Shown: positions 1-12,734 of the stretch, piece after piece
How the letters are laid out: each line of letters starts with the position of its first letter
Numbering within the stretch: position 1 is the first letter of the stretch
Source: Eledone cirrhosa
Taxonomy: Eukaryota
Direction: 5' to 3'
Assembly: GCA_964016885.1 (NCBI GenBank)
Contig: OZ024742.1
Span: 103,354,001 to 103,418,000 of the forward strand
DNA: 64,000 nt
Program-made: the position numbers and the translations under genes
Notes under the pieces: model-generated
What the model saw: only the letters and a program-made list of their open reading frames with translations
What the model was told of the DNA's origin: nothing
Databases searched by the model: none

Positions 1-849
1 TCCTCCATTCAAATCAACAGTATCAGAATCACGGAACTTTGTTGAAGAAACCCTGACTATATCTAGCCGGTAGCATCTCACTAGTTTCTGCTCCTTACCT
101 GTAAGGGTTATGATGTTCTAGGTCCCAATTGTCAAGGATCACTCTCTTCCGAACCCTCTTTTGAGTCTCTGGACACGCAATCTTTGTGCGTTCGTCCCAT
201 GTCTCCCAGGACAGGTCACATGCACATCGCCAGATTTTACAGCATGAAATGTATACTGCAATTTTTTTCCCGAACAAACCCCTCTACCTAAGATCTGAAC
301 GCGTCCCTTATTAAGTCGCGCGAAGGGCAATGCAATATGATTATTTTTCGTTCCTCTCACCTTATTGCAGTTTTGGTGGTTTTATTCGCGCCAGTCACCA
401 ATCTGGTTCTTTCTCAAACGCGCGAAAACTATGCCTTTACTCGCCTCATCATATCTTCATCACTGGGTTGTGAGAGTTTTCTTGGGAGCTAAAGTTGTCA
501 CCTATTGCTGCATCTCTCCTAGTAGTTTACCGCTCTTGGTCCGGGTTTGCTTATTCGTCCGGCAAGTGCTCACTTATATTGCAACTAAGCATTATATCTG
601 GTGGCCGTATCGCTATCCACCACCCTCTACCCGTTCTCTCACAGAACAGCCTTGTCGAAAGAATTACTAGGTATAGTTTATTAATATCACATACAATTTA
701 TATAATGCATAAAACTGTAGATATCGACAGTCAATCGACAAGATCCCAGACCTCATTCGCTTAAAAAGTCGGGTGGAGCTCATCAAATCGGACCGAGGAA
801 ACAATGTTTCCATTGGTCTTTCCAATTACCAATACTATCTGTCGGTTGT

Positions 850-1300
850 AAATCCAGGCAGAATGAGCAGCATGAAATAAAGTGTCTTGCTCAAGGACAT
901 AACGCATCTCCCGGTTCGGGAATCGAAATCACAACCTCACGAATGCGAATCCAATTCTCTAACCACTCTGCCACACACCTTCACTGTAGATATAAAGGGT
1001 AAAGACTCCCTTCGGTCACGAATGACCATGGGATTTGCGCCTAGAAAGTTTACCTCCGAGGCACAAGTCTGGGCAAGGTTGTTTGTGGAAGACCAGCAGT
1101 CACCCATGCATACCAGTCTCCCCTCTCCACGCCACCTATGTTGTCCAAGGGAAAGGCAATGGCCGATACAGCTTGACACCAGTGACGTCGCAACTCATTT
1201 CTACAGCTGAGTAAACTGGAGCAACGTGAAATAGAGTGTCTTGCTCAAGGATACAACGCATCACCCGGTCCGAGAATCGATCTCACAAACTTCCGATTGC
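850..1300 (-). mobile_element. Two adjacent tRNA-derived SINE copies (one with a Nin/Deu-like central domain)
   Basis: Reverse strand shows tRNA-like A/B boxes followed by CCTTGAGCAAGACACT(T/C)TATTTCA. The same head recurs at ~46960-47070, ~57000-57120 and ~59145-59290. The domain assignment is from memory. Confidence 0.6.
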
Positions 1301-1364
1301 AAGCTCTAATATAGGGTATTAAAAAGGAAGAAAAGGGAGATAATAAGAAAGAAAAAGGCGAAAG

Positions 1365-1730
1365 ACACGCACACTTAATCAACGCTACAACAAAGGGCGC
1401 TGGAGTTTGCCTTTAATAATTTTTGAGGCAAGCCAACACACTAGCAGCATTGCTATGACTGATAGTGAGGCTAAAACGTTGGAATAACCGAACACTCTCA
1501 CCAGGAACATCATTTGTCGGCAAGGCGCGCCTCCAACAATGACAAGAAATTCCTTGTCTGCGACCCAGCTCCCCAAACATATCTTACGGTGAAACATTAG
1601 TTTGCCGATAATTCCTGCTATTTTAGACTTTTATTCTGTTTAGCTATGGATATAAAGACCCTCATCTTCGCCGATACATCCCGTGTTGTATATAACCTTT
1701 ACAATGTAAATAATACTTGCGTTACTAGTC
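1365..1730 (-). mobile_element. Degenerate 3' fragment of a CRE-clade (RLE-type) non-LTR retrotransposon
   Basis: Homologous to 18090-18345, 26250-26660 and 27650-27930, which encode the CRE-type C-terminus. Confidence 0.6.
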
Positions 1731-2454
1731 TAAATGGTCAGCGATTGAATTTTCGTTTGTTTTTCGATGGTTACAGTGAGTGTGAAGAAAATGGCAGTTC
1801 CTATAATATTTTCAGGTGTTCTTAAACAGTAGAACTGTAATAAATTGATGAGTTTTATGTAGTAGGGCGCGAGACGTACCATCGAAATATCGTAAGTTCG
1901 ATTCTTGGACCGAGCTGCTCGCGTTGCTCCAGTCCACTTAGCTGAAAATGAGTACCAGAAGTAACTGGGAGTTAATCCTGCGTTGAACTAGCTTCACGAA
2001 GAAGAGGCTTTTGTATTCTCAGTCGTTTAATGTCAAAGGAACTGGAATAAACACCAGGTGAGCCTTCGGGCTGGTGAACCTACAGAGAATGGATATAATC
2101 AATGGAATGCGTTCAATACATTACTGATACTTTTTTTTATTGACTATGAGGATGAAATACAAAATCGATCACGGCGGGATTTTGAATCCAAAATGTACAA
2201 ATTCTAAAATAATACATACTGTAAAGCATTTCGTTCGAAACTTCACTGTTTGGGCAGACGTACTACTGAAGAATTCCAGTCGTTACTATCCACTTTTTTT
2301 TATGGGTATCTAGGACTACATTAATTCAGATGTCGTTCCATTAAAATAAAAAAAATAAGGCTTTAATTTGAAGGTGATTTTGCTACTATATCTTGTAGGA
2401 TAAAATTCTTTGCGGCATTTATCCTTGTTCTCTACGCCCTGAGTTCAAATTCGA

Positions 2455-2860
2455 CTTTTTAGCCCAGGAGGGGGAGAGTTTGGTGTTAATTGATATAAAG
2501 AGGTGAATTGGAAGAGAGTTCCGCGTAGTAGATATATATATATAGAGGGGGAGAGTTTCGTGTAATTTATATAGAAAGAGAGGTTGGAAGAGAGTTCCAT
2601 ATAGTAGATATAGAGAGGGGGAAAGTGTAGGGGTGATTGATATAGATTGGGAAAGATAAGTGTATAAGGGGATTGGGAGAGATAAGTGTACATATTTATA
2701 GAGAGGGGTGAGTGTATTAGTGTTAGATATAGAGAGGAGGATAAGCGAGGTGGTGTCGTTGTAGATATACAGAGCGGGAGAGTTTGGTTTTAGTAGATAC
2801 AGAGAGGGGGATTAAAAGAGAGCTGTGTGATAGACATAGAGAGGAGAAGAGTTTGGTGGA
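2455..2860. repeat. Degenerate purine-rich tandem repeat (TAGATATA..GAGAGGGGGAGAGTT-like units)
   Basis: About ten diverged ~30-bp units visible by eye. Confidence 0.55.
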
Positions 2861-3010
2861 TCATCATACAAGACTGGTGATCCTGTGAGTACGGTGGTTA
2901 AACTTTAGAGTAACAAACCTCACCAATAGCCATAATAAATGAATGTATATATATACACACATATATAACAGAATGTTCTAGTTTGCTTGACGCAGTGTTG
3001 AATAGGAAAC

Positions 3011-3663
<653 letters not shown>

Positions 3664-3865
3664 CAAGCAAATTATAAACGTAAACATGTAAGTATGTTTT
3701 TGAAACGGTGCGCGAGTTTGAAATTAGAAATTAGAAATTAGAAGCTTTCACCGTATTTTAGACTAAAGAAATTTCTAGTCTGATAGTGAAGTTTATAACC
3801 CTCGGAGAAATGGAAAAAGATGAGTGTTGCCGTACATGGGAGTCGAACCCACATCTTTGGTTATC

Positions 3866-3906
<41 letters not shown>

Positions 3907-4030
3907 TAGATTAAAGTTATTTTAAATCTGTTATTTTAATAAATATTTGCTCTACGGTTTTATATATATTATCCTTATCGAGCCCTCTTCGGCTTTTAGT
4001 CTTCACATTTATTATTATTACTATATATAT

Positions 4031-4440
4031 AGGAAAACTTTTAACCCCGACGGCAGAGCTCAAGCCGTTTCGACGGCTATTTCTGGACTAAATTAAAATT
4101 TTTAGCGTGGTAATAAATAGCCGAAGTTTTCAAGGGTAATTCCTTATATGGGAAGATTGAAGTTGTCAAAAGGATTGGTCAAAATTTCTTGTAAACACAA
4201 TTAAATCTTTAATGGCAGTGGGTGGGGGTAGGAGTGGCTGAACTTGCCTGTAGAACAATGAGGGAGTGGGTGGAGCTGGTCAAGCGTTGAAAGTGAATTC
4301 AAAACAGCAAATTCTGAGGAGAGTGTATGAAATTAGGCTAGTTAGGAAGCAGGCGAAAAAACTGAGAGTGGAACGTTATAGAATTAAAAGATTAATAAAT
4401 TGAGATTAAAAGATAATAAATAAATTTAAAAAAAAATAAT
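4031..4440 (-). mobile_element. 3' pseudo-LTR of Penelope-like element 1
   Basis: 4031-4360 is the reverse complement of 9200-9528 and carries the hammerhead motif. Confidence 0.75.
4045..4137 (-). ncRNA. Type I hammerhead ribozyme-like motif (U3:A8 variant, mutated copy)
   Basis: ACCC-UUGAAAA-c-uuCGGCUAUUU...AAAUAGCCGuc-GAAA-CGGC...GCCG-UC-GGGG; the base after the core is C rather than G. Confidence 0.55.
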
Positions 4441-4450
4441 AATAATAATA

Positions 4451-4815
4451 ATTGTTTCTACTTTAGGCACAAGGCCAGCAATTACCCAGTGCATTACTGG
4501 TACTTTATTCTATCGACCCCGTAAAGATGAAAGGCAAAGTCAAAATCGGCGGGATTTGAACTCAGATCGTAAAGGACGTAACCATGCTGGAAAGCATGGC
4601 GTCCGACCCTCTACCGACACTGCCAATCCATAATAATAATTGTTTCTACTTTTGGCACAAGGCCAGCAATAACCCAGTGCATTACTGGTACTTTATTTTA
4701 TCGACCCCGTACGGATGAAAGGCAAAGTTAATCTCGGCGGGATTTGAACTCAGAGTGGCAAGGACCGTAACTCTATGCGTCAAAGCATGGCGTCCGACCC
4801 TCTACCGATACTGCT
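4451..4815 (-). mobile_element. Two tandem young tRNA-derived SINEs (~185 bp each) with (ATT)n tails
   Basis: Consensus GGATTGGCAGTATCGGTAGAGGGTCGGACGCC...GAGTTCAAATCC (B box)...GCCTTTCATCCTTACGGGGTCGATAAAATAAAGTACCAG...GGCCTTGTGCCTAAAGTAGAAACAATT. Confidence 0.9.
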
Positions 4816-7787
4816 AATAATGATTTCATTTATTAGCCACAAGGGCCGACAGGGATAGTGGGGGTTTACAATAAGGTCCAGTAAAAGTGCACAATGGTAA
4901 GACTAATTTAACAATGAAGATATAAAAATATAAAATAAACTATGCATAAATATAACAAAATATATTCCCCGATAGGGGGTGGACGACACTGGGGTGACTC
5001 AGGTACCCCACCAATCCTGAACCACCCTGCGCTTCTAGGGCACCCAGGGAGAGCACACCTCTCCTCAAGTTAGCTAGCCTATAGGCGCATGGTCAGAGTA
5101 GGCCCATTCACACGGGCCATTCTCGCCACATTCATCCACCTTTTAGCAAATGTACTTCTCTCTCCACCCTCACCCTCCTTTCCAGGTGAAACTTGTAGAC
5201 GTTGATGAGGGATTGGCCGAAGAGAAAAGTGTCTGTCTTCAGTCCTTTTAATCTGGTTCACCATATAACCTCTTTCGCAACGGCCACCAGACAGAGGATA
5301 ATTTCCTGCTCTTCCTGACCTAAGGAAGGCGGCGGTTCGATCTTCACTATGGACTCGGCCGATAGCCGGATTCGTTCCACACGCGACAGTAGCTGTTTGA
5401 CATAACTCCACAAGTCAGTAATGCACGGACATTGGACAAGTGCGTGCAGAACGGTTTCGTCGTTCTGTGCGCATCTTGGACAGGTCCGTCTGACAGCACT
5501 TCCGTGCCTTTAGAGTTTAACCCGAACCGGCAGTGCCCCCCGGTAGCACTGCCAAGCGAGGGATTTCTGGAAATTGTCCATCGTTCCCTGGTCAGTTCGA
5601 CTTCGTCGAGGCCTAGAGCTTCTCCGAGTGCGTCATCGCACTTGCCCACCACTAATCCTCTATAGAACTCGAGAGTGGAAGTTCCACTGATCGCATTGCC
5701 CGCTTGGTAGAGGGCAGTGAGTGCCTCGCAACATTCCAGGTGCCAGCCACCCAGTCTCGGTCTCTTCTTGACCCAGGAGTGCAGCTCAGTCAAAGAAACG
5801 AGCTGCGGTAAGGCCCGTCTGATAAACGGCGACCGCACCTGTTCACCGTTTAGGCAGAATATCTGGAGATGTCGCAGCCGCAACGCATGTCTGCACATCA
5901 TTAGTCACGGCATGCCCATCCCTCCGCGTAGAGGGTGCTGGCAACAGATGGACCGCCTCACCAACGGAACTTGTCTCCTCCACAAGAATTTGAAGAGGAG
6001 CCGTTCCAACTTGACGAGGCGCGAGCAGGGGCAAGGCACGACAGTCAGGCGGTAGTAGATGACGGACGCGATGTACGCATTCGCCACCCCCGCGCGACCT
6101 TTCAGTGATAGCTTCCTCCCAGCCCATTTTTGGGTGAGACTGGCTACTGTGCTCGTTAGCTCGTCCCAATTCTTTTCCACCTGGAGATCTGGTCCGAACC
6201 AAACCCCGAGCAACTTTACCGGTCCGTCCGTCCAGCGCCCGACGACGCTGTTGGACGGCAAAGGCTTGCCTCTCCAGGTTCCGAGCTGCAAGCCCACCGA
6301 CTTTTCCGGGTTAAGTTTGACTCCTGTCAACCTTTCATAGTCCTTCAATAAGGTGCCGACCACCTCGATTTCTGAGGTGTCCGACACCATCACGATGATG
6401 TCGTCCGCATAAGCCGACACACACAGCCTTTCCACGCCCCGGTTCGAGCGGGATGTTCTGCAACAGCTCCAGCTTCCGCAGTAAAGGCTCGAGAGTCAAT
6501 ACGTACAGAAGGGAAGAGAAAGGGTACCCTTGACGGACCGATCGGGAGAGCCGAAATTGTTGACCACCGAGCATGTGCCGCTGTGCATTGCAGAAATACA
6601 GCTTCTGAAGACAGGGCCGAAGCCAGCCGCTTTGGGGACAAACTCCAGATACCGATGGTCGAACCTATCGAATGCTTTCGATTGATCTAAATTGATCAGT
6701 GCCCCACCGAAGCCAGTTTTACACCCTACCCTCTCTATGATGTATTGCATGAGGTGGAGATTGTCGTGTATGGACCTGGATGGGATTGCGCAAGTTTGCG
6801 CCTCCCCAACCAAATCCTCGACGACAAGCGCCAATCTCTTTGCTAACACCTTGGCCAAAATCTTAAACTCTGTTTTGAACAGAGTTATGGGCCTGAAGTT
6901 GTCTAATGTATCCCTCTTGTTCTCGTCTTTCCTTATCAGCGTCACCACGCCCCTGCTCACAGAACTGGGAATACTCCCATTCTGCTACCAGTTGCAGTAG
7001 AGTGCTTCGAGGAGATCGGAGAACAAGTCTGGCATATTTACGTAAAGTTCGTAGGGCAGGCCATCCAAACCGGGTGACTTGCGCCTCATGCAGCCGACAA
7101 GGGCGTCCTGAATTTCGGCTGAAGTAATCGACCTTTCGCAGCGCTCAGCGTCGACCGTCGAGATGCGCGGCAAGCCCTCAAGGTAGGGACTGAAATCCGC
7201 TACTCTCTCTGACTCGCCACTCTCCCCGAACAACCGCGCAAAGTGCTGGCGAAAGGCCTTACACATCCGCTTGGAATCGCTTATCTCGTGTCCGCCTCGG
7301 TCCGCCAAAGACCGAATTGTGGTTTTATTACCACGCTACGCCTCCGCCACGCGGGCCCATCGAACAGCTTTGGTTCCCTCGTTTCTTAGCTCACGCGCCT
7401 TAGCTCTGACAATTCAACCTTCGTGTTTCTCATTGAAAAAATGGTCTAATGCCATTCTCGACGCTAGCACGTCAGTTGCAATGCCACTACAAATAGCCTC
7501 GTCTAACTTATCTACCAGCTCCCCCTCCTTTCTATTTTTCTCTAACGCTAGTTCTTTGCTGCACTCTATCGAAGTTACTCTAATCTCTCTTTTGAGAGCC
7601 CCCCCCCCCCCCCATCTGTTGTTGATGATCCCCCTGTCAACTTTTGCTTAACTAAATTGTTGACTCGGTCCCTGTAAACCTTATGTGCCGGAAATGACAT
7701 GTTCAGCTTCCAGTAACCCGATCCCAACCTACGCGTCTTATCTAGGTCGACCATACAGATCACAAATTTGTGATCTGAATAGGCGAT
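4816..7787 (-). mobile_element. 5'-truncated, frameshifted Tx1-clade (L1 group) LINE, copy 1
   Basis: ORF pieces: end of APE (AYSDH..GSGYWKLN) and RT (KSPGLDG, FRPITL, LDQSKAFDR, VRQG, SAYADD); 3' UTR with AATAAA and ATT tail; (AAT)n at the 5' junction. Confidence 0.93.
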
Positions 7788-7801
7788 AATAATAATAATA
7801 A

Positions 7802-9203
7802 AATTAAATTGTAAAAATAATTTTTAAAAATCTCCAGAGTCTAAAGCAGCTGCTATATTTTTAGCTGGTATTGCGTTTTCGGTCAATGCTATATATAATT
7901 TACTGGGGTGGGGGTACTGAGGCTACAAAAGCCCGATGGGCTGCCTTGAGGTAGGCGAAAGAGGAAAAAGGAAAAGGGAGAGGAGAGGGAGTGGAAGGAA
8001 GTGATAAGAAGAGATAAAGAGAAAAAGAAAAGAAAAAGAAAAAGAAAAGAAGTACATCTACCTATGTATGCTGGGGTTTTCCCTATCTTGTTCGGCAAGT
8101 GTGGAAAAGAAGGATGTTGCAGCCATTGTCTACCCACCCGGGTCATGAGAGGGTTTGAGGGCGAGGTAAGTCCTACGCAATCGGTGTTTACATGCAGTTA
8201 CAAGTTCGTCTTTTTTGTTTAGGAGTTGGTCCTTCGTAAACAGCATTTGTAATGTTTCCTCCGGGCATAAGCTACGCGGCGGACGGCGTCCTCCCGTGTA
8301 GGAGTTAGCCCAGGACAGTAAGCTCCAAGTAAGATTGTATGTTATCTTGCTATCTTGGAGGTCCCAGATGTGGCTCGAAAGTGTAGTGGTATGTCACTGG
8401 TCCGGGTTTCGGAACGTATGTCGGTGTTGGTAGGGCCGTGTCTTGAAGTCGCAAGCGGTTAATCCTATATAGGCTTTGTTGGAGGTTTCCGTCCTCATGT
8501 TGCATTGGTAGATCACGTTACGTTCTCGGCATCTGTTGTTGAGGGGGCACGTAGATCTATCAGGGCAGTTACACCTCCTGGTCAGCTCTCCACTAATGTC
8601 TAGGTTGTTTCCTCCATACGGGTTGAGTTTCTTGTTGTTTGAGAAGGAGATGTTTTGTGCGAAGTTGGGTGTGGTGCTGTAGGAGAGTTTGATAGTGTTT
8701 TTGTTGATTATGTTGTGTTAGCGGTGTTGTGGTGGGAAGTGTTTTTCGAGGAGCCTAAAGAAGATTTTCCCGATTGGTGTTGCCACCTCGGCATTGTGTG
8801 GAGGGTTGAACCACATAACGTGGCGTTAGCGGCGGTGTCGCCTGCTGGTTCCACCAAGGGAAGTTGGATAGAAGGAGATTTCCTCCTGAAAGCCGCTTCG
8901 CTTGAGGGCCTGGTTGTAATGAGGCGCATGTTCATCGACTATCTGCTCATTAGCGGACAAACGAGATATGCGGAGGGAGATGTTTTTAACCAGGTTATTG
9001 GTGATGTCTAGGATGGTTAGAGCGGCGGTGGATGTAGTGAAGGTTGTCGTTTGGTGTCCTGTATGGGTAGTACAGATCATTTTTGAGGTTGAGGGTAACG
9101 TCCAGGAAATTGACTCGGGTTAGGGACGTTTGTAGGGTGATTTTAAATCCCCAGTCCCGGAAGAAGTTGATTAGTTGTTTACGGACCCGGTCTGTATCCT
9201 TTT
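7802..9203 (-). mobile_element. Body of Penelope-like element 1 (RT C-terminus + GIY-YIG endonuclease, degenerate) and 3' UTR
   Basis: VNFLDVTLNL..YYPYRTPNDNLHYIHRRSNHP; CNCPDRSTCPLNNRC..NVIYQC..KAYIG; LLNKKDELVTACKH with stop at ~8130. Confidence 0.9.
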
Positions 9204-9605
9204 TCGCCTGCTTCCTAACTAGCCTAATTTCATACACACTCCTTAGAATTTGCTGTATAGAATTCACTTTCAATGCTTGACCGGCTCCACCCACTCCCTC
9301 ATTGTTCTACAGGCAAGTTCAGCCACCCCACCCCCACCCACTGTCATTAAAGATTTAATTGTGTTTACAAGAAATTTTGACCAATCCTTTTGACAATTAC
9401 AATCTTCCCATACAAGGAATTACCCTTGAAAAGTTCGGCTATTTATTACCACGCTAAAAATTCTAATTTAGTCCAGAAATAGCCGTCGAAACGGCTTGAG
9501 CTCTGCCGTCGGGTTTAAAAATGTTTCTATTACCCACTCTACTACCCTAAATACTGAGTACTCTGGTGCGTTATGATCCATTTGGTTCCTTACCACACTT
9601 TCTTC

Positions 9606-9610
<5 letters not shown>
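9200..9610 (+). mobile_element. Inverted pseudo-LTR at the 5'-truncated end of Penelope-like element 1
   Basis: Reverse complement of 4031-4360; ends in (TA)n. Confidence 0.8.
9422..9514 (+). ncRNA. Type I hammerhead ribozyme, U3:A8 core variant
   Basis: Stem I ACCC/GGGU; core UUGAAAA; stem II CGGCUAUUU (9436-9444)/AAAUAGCCG (9477-9485); GAAA 9488-9491; stem III CGGC/GCCG; GUC triplet ending at 9510. Confidence 0.72.
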
Positions 9611-9650
<40 letters not shown>

Positions 9651-9779
9651 TGAAGAAATTGGGTATAATACCAGTTTATTACCAAATACGAAGAAGTTCG
9701 ATATAATAACTCTTTAGAATAGGGTACAGAGCATAATTAAAAATAAATAAATATATATATATATATATATATATACATA

Positions 9780-10006
9780 CAGGGGCGGTGGAACAGTGGG
9801 GTATAATTATATTTTTCTCCCCAAACTACCAAAACACAAATCTATTTGGATATGCGCTACAGTTTATGTATATGCTATGTTTATCGGATATCGAAGTTTT
9901 CTAACCATTTTAGAGTTCAAAGAGCTAAACTAATCACTACGACTAAATTATCAAATTTAGAATCCCCCCCCCCCCCCATTCAGAAATGATCCTTACAGCG
10001 CCCTTG
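9780..10006. mobile_element. Possible hAT-like MITE
   Basis: Imperfect TIRs CAGGGGCGGTGGAA / TTACAGCGCCCTTG (11 of 14 match); no TSD seen. Confidence 0.4.
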
Positions 10007-10230
10007 TACTGGGGTTGATTTAATTAACTTTATTTTTCCTCCTGATTTGCTGACCTTGTGACTAAATTAGAAATGAGCAGTAATGAGCAAAGGCAGTAAT
10101 TTGAATACTTGTGTTTATGTTTAGAATCAGGTGGTCCAGATTTACGATGTCACAAAAAAATATTACTTTAATAACTTCTTCAAGTGAAAAGATTATATCA
10201 GGATTAAGATGACCACACTGTATTATATTT

Positions 10231-10300
10231 GTGGTGGATTGGCAGTATCGGTAGAGGGTCGGACGCCATGCTTTGAAGCATAGAGTTGCGTCCCTTTATG
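10231..10300 (+). mobile_element. 5' half of a SINE split by nested insertions (3' half at 15732-15855)
   Basis: Ends CCCTTTATG and resumes TTTATGATCTTAGTTCAAA; the intact copy at ~15953 reads CCCTTTATGATCTGAGTTCAAA. Confidence 0.85.
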
Positions 10301-10421
10301 CACACATGTGTATATCGTGACTCATGCACTGTTCATTTTCCTGACGTTTGTACATTACCCTATGTACTATACATACACTTTTTGATGAGTTGTAGTGCAC
10401 CTGAGCACTGTACACAATATT

Positions 10422-10453
<32 letters not shown>
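10301..10453 (+). mobile_element. Short 3'-end fragment of another LINE (possibly CR1-group) with (ATT)n tail
   Basis: 123 bp ending GTAGTGCACCTGAGCACTGTACACAATATTTC plus (ATT)10; bracketed by TTTATG duplication. Confidence 0.55.
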
Positions 10454-10667
10454 GAATGCTATGGTTGACGGAGGCTCGGCTCTGTAAGGTATTGTAAATT
10501 TTGAACGCTATAACAATTGTAAATTGTTTAAACTTTAACCAACTTGTAGACAAAAACACCCTCCTCCTCGTGAGAGGGGTCTTTCTGCCCGTTATTTGGC
10601 CCTTCGGGGTTAAATAACCGCCTATTGGGGTTTTGTGCCCAATATTTATTTTAAACAAAAAAACAAC

Positions 10668-11017
10668 ATGGCTACGAAAAAGAATTTTCATAGGTCACTC
10701 CCACTCATTCCGTCTTCTTCTTCCTCAATCGTCACTACAGCAGATAGAAGATTGTCTCTCTCCCTCCTTTCTCTTTCGCAAGCGACGCCAGAAAAGAAAA
10801 ATCACGTGCAAAGCGAGCAAGATTTCTCCACGACGATGACGACGACAACGACGAAAAAGGTGTGTGGGAAATACGAAAACCCATTTCATTCGTCTGACGT
10901 CAGGAATAATAGCAGTAGCAGCCGTAATAACAGCAGCAATAGTGACAAGGAAAACAACAGTAGCAGCCGCAACAGCATCAGCAGCAGCATAAACAACAAC
11001 AGCATTAGCAGCAACAA

Positions 11018-11056
<39 letters not shown>

Positions 11057-12730
11057 CAACAACAACCACAGCAACAGCGGCAGTCGTCGTAGTACCTGCA
11101 GCAACAACGAAAGTAACAGCAGCTCTGACGACAACAACAACAACAACAGCAGCAAAGAAAAACCAATCTCGTTTGCAGGTATCGCAAAGAACCTGGAAAC
11201 CATCCTCATAACAAATGAGGAATTAGAGGAAGCGAAGAAGATGGTGACAAAAACTGGACACCGAGCAATCTGCAAGGCAGCGGAAAATTTTTTCGAAACC
11301 CAACAGCACTGTACGGTCACGTACCGTACAGTAAGTACAAAATCCCGTAGGGTTGAAAGAGCCACAGAGGCTCAAATACAAAAATCCTTGGGGTCTGTGT
11401 GGCAGCGGAAAACGCACATCACCCGAGGCAAGAAATATGCCACCGTAGACGTACTTTTTGCCACACCCCAGGAGGCAAAGGCTCAATCCTTAGTGACCCT
11501 AAGGAGCGAGGAAATGGTGTTGGTGCCCTCCTACTGCGGGCAAAAAATTGTGAGGGTCAAACTGACCCCCCCCCCCCCTGGGATGGCCCCTTCTTGGCTG
11601 GCCGCGTCTGTCCTCGTCGGAATCGAGGACAAAACAACTGTACTGCAAGTACAGAAAAAAGTAAGAGAAGATTGGGTCGGCACCTCCATTGAGATGTTAA
11701 TCCAAACCAGCCAGGAGTGCATCGAAGCTATCCCGGATGTGATAGACTTCGATAACGGCACTCAACTGCCCATAAGTGTTGAGGGCAAACGCCCGAAATG
11801 CTTTCGCTGTGGATCGAAGACTCACCTCAGGGCCTTCTGCAACGAGAAGACCCTGAGAAAGGAGAAAATCCCCCTCCTTCCGAAACCGGCTCCACGGCTA
11901 CCAGCAACAGGACAAGCGGCAACCAGGAACGATAGGTCCGTGCACCCATACCCACGCCACGGAAATAAAAAACAGCAGCAGCAGTGGAAGTATTAACAAC
12001 AACAACAGCAATACCAAATGCAGCTGCAACAGAGACTCCAGTGCAAACATCACCAACAACAACAAGTGAAAGAGTGGAGCTGGTACCCCTCCCCGACCTC
12101 ACAGAATCAGACATGGAGTGTGAGGTGGGAGAGGGATGGCAAAAGGTCGTAAGAAGGCACAAACGCAGTAGCAGCGCATCGTCGCCTTTGAAAAGGGAGG
12201 AAAGAAATGAAAAAAGGGTAAAGGCTACTGCAAAGAGACTCACAGCAGCAACACCACCAACACCATCACCACCCACACTAGCACCACCATCACCACCGGC
12301 GACAACCCCACCGCCAACAACACCTTCAACACCACCACCACAAGCACCAACATCGCAAACACAACAACAAAACACACACACCCAGCAACAACGACAAGAA
12401 AATAGCAGAACCACACCCCACCCCCAGAGAAACAAATGCACGGCAATAAATACACACAACAAGAAACTAATGACTTACATAATTGAACACACAGACATTT
12501 CACAACACGACTACATAATACCAGCACCAATCAAAACGCCAACTAACATAAGACTGCTAAAAATAGCACAGAAACAATACACAAACATTAAAACGAAATT
12601 CCCCAACGCAGTTGGTGATTTCAGAGACCTAGGAGGGACACTCAACCGAAGAGTATATTCGGACATACTCATAGAAGAGCCGACGACCAGCCGAAGGGAC
12701 GATTCAACCAGACGATCAAGTGAAAGGGGA
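10668..12730 (+). pseudogene. Tx1 ORF1 (gag-like, zinc knuckle CFRCGSKTHLRAFC), frameshifted near 11984
   Basis: ORFs 10635-11996 and 11984-13336; N/S-rich N-terminus, P/T/Q-rich C-terminus. Confidence 0.8.
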
Positions 12731-12734
12731 TGGA

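Noticed and set aside
8995-9294. N-terminus of ORF 8995-9294 as part of the Penelope protein
   Set aside because: Residues encoded above ~9203 come from the inverted pLTR read backwards.
10725-11365. Poly-Leu, poly-Cys and poly-Ala/Val ORFs
   Set aside because: Antisense readings of the AGC/AAC tract in Tx1 ORF1.
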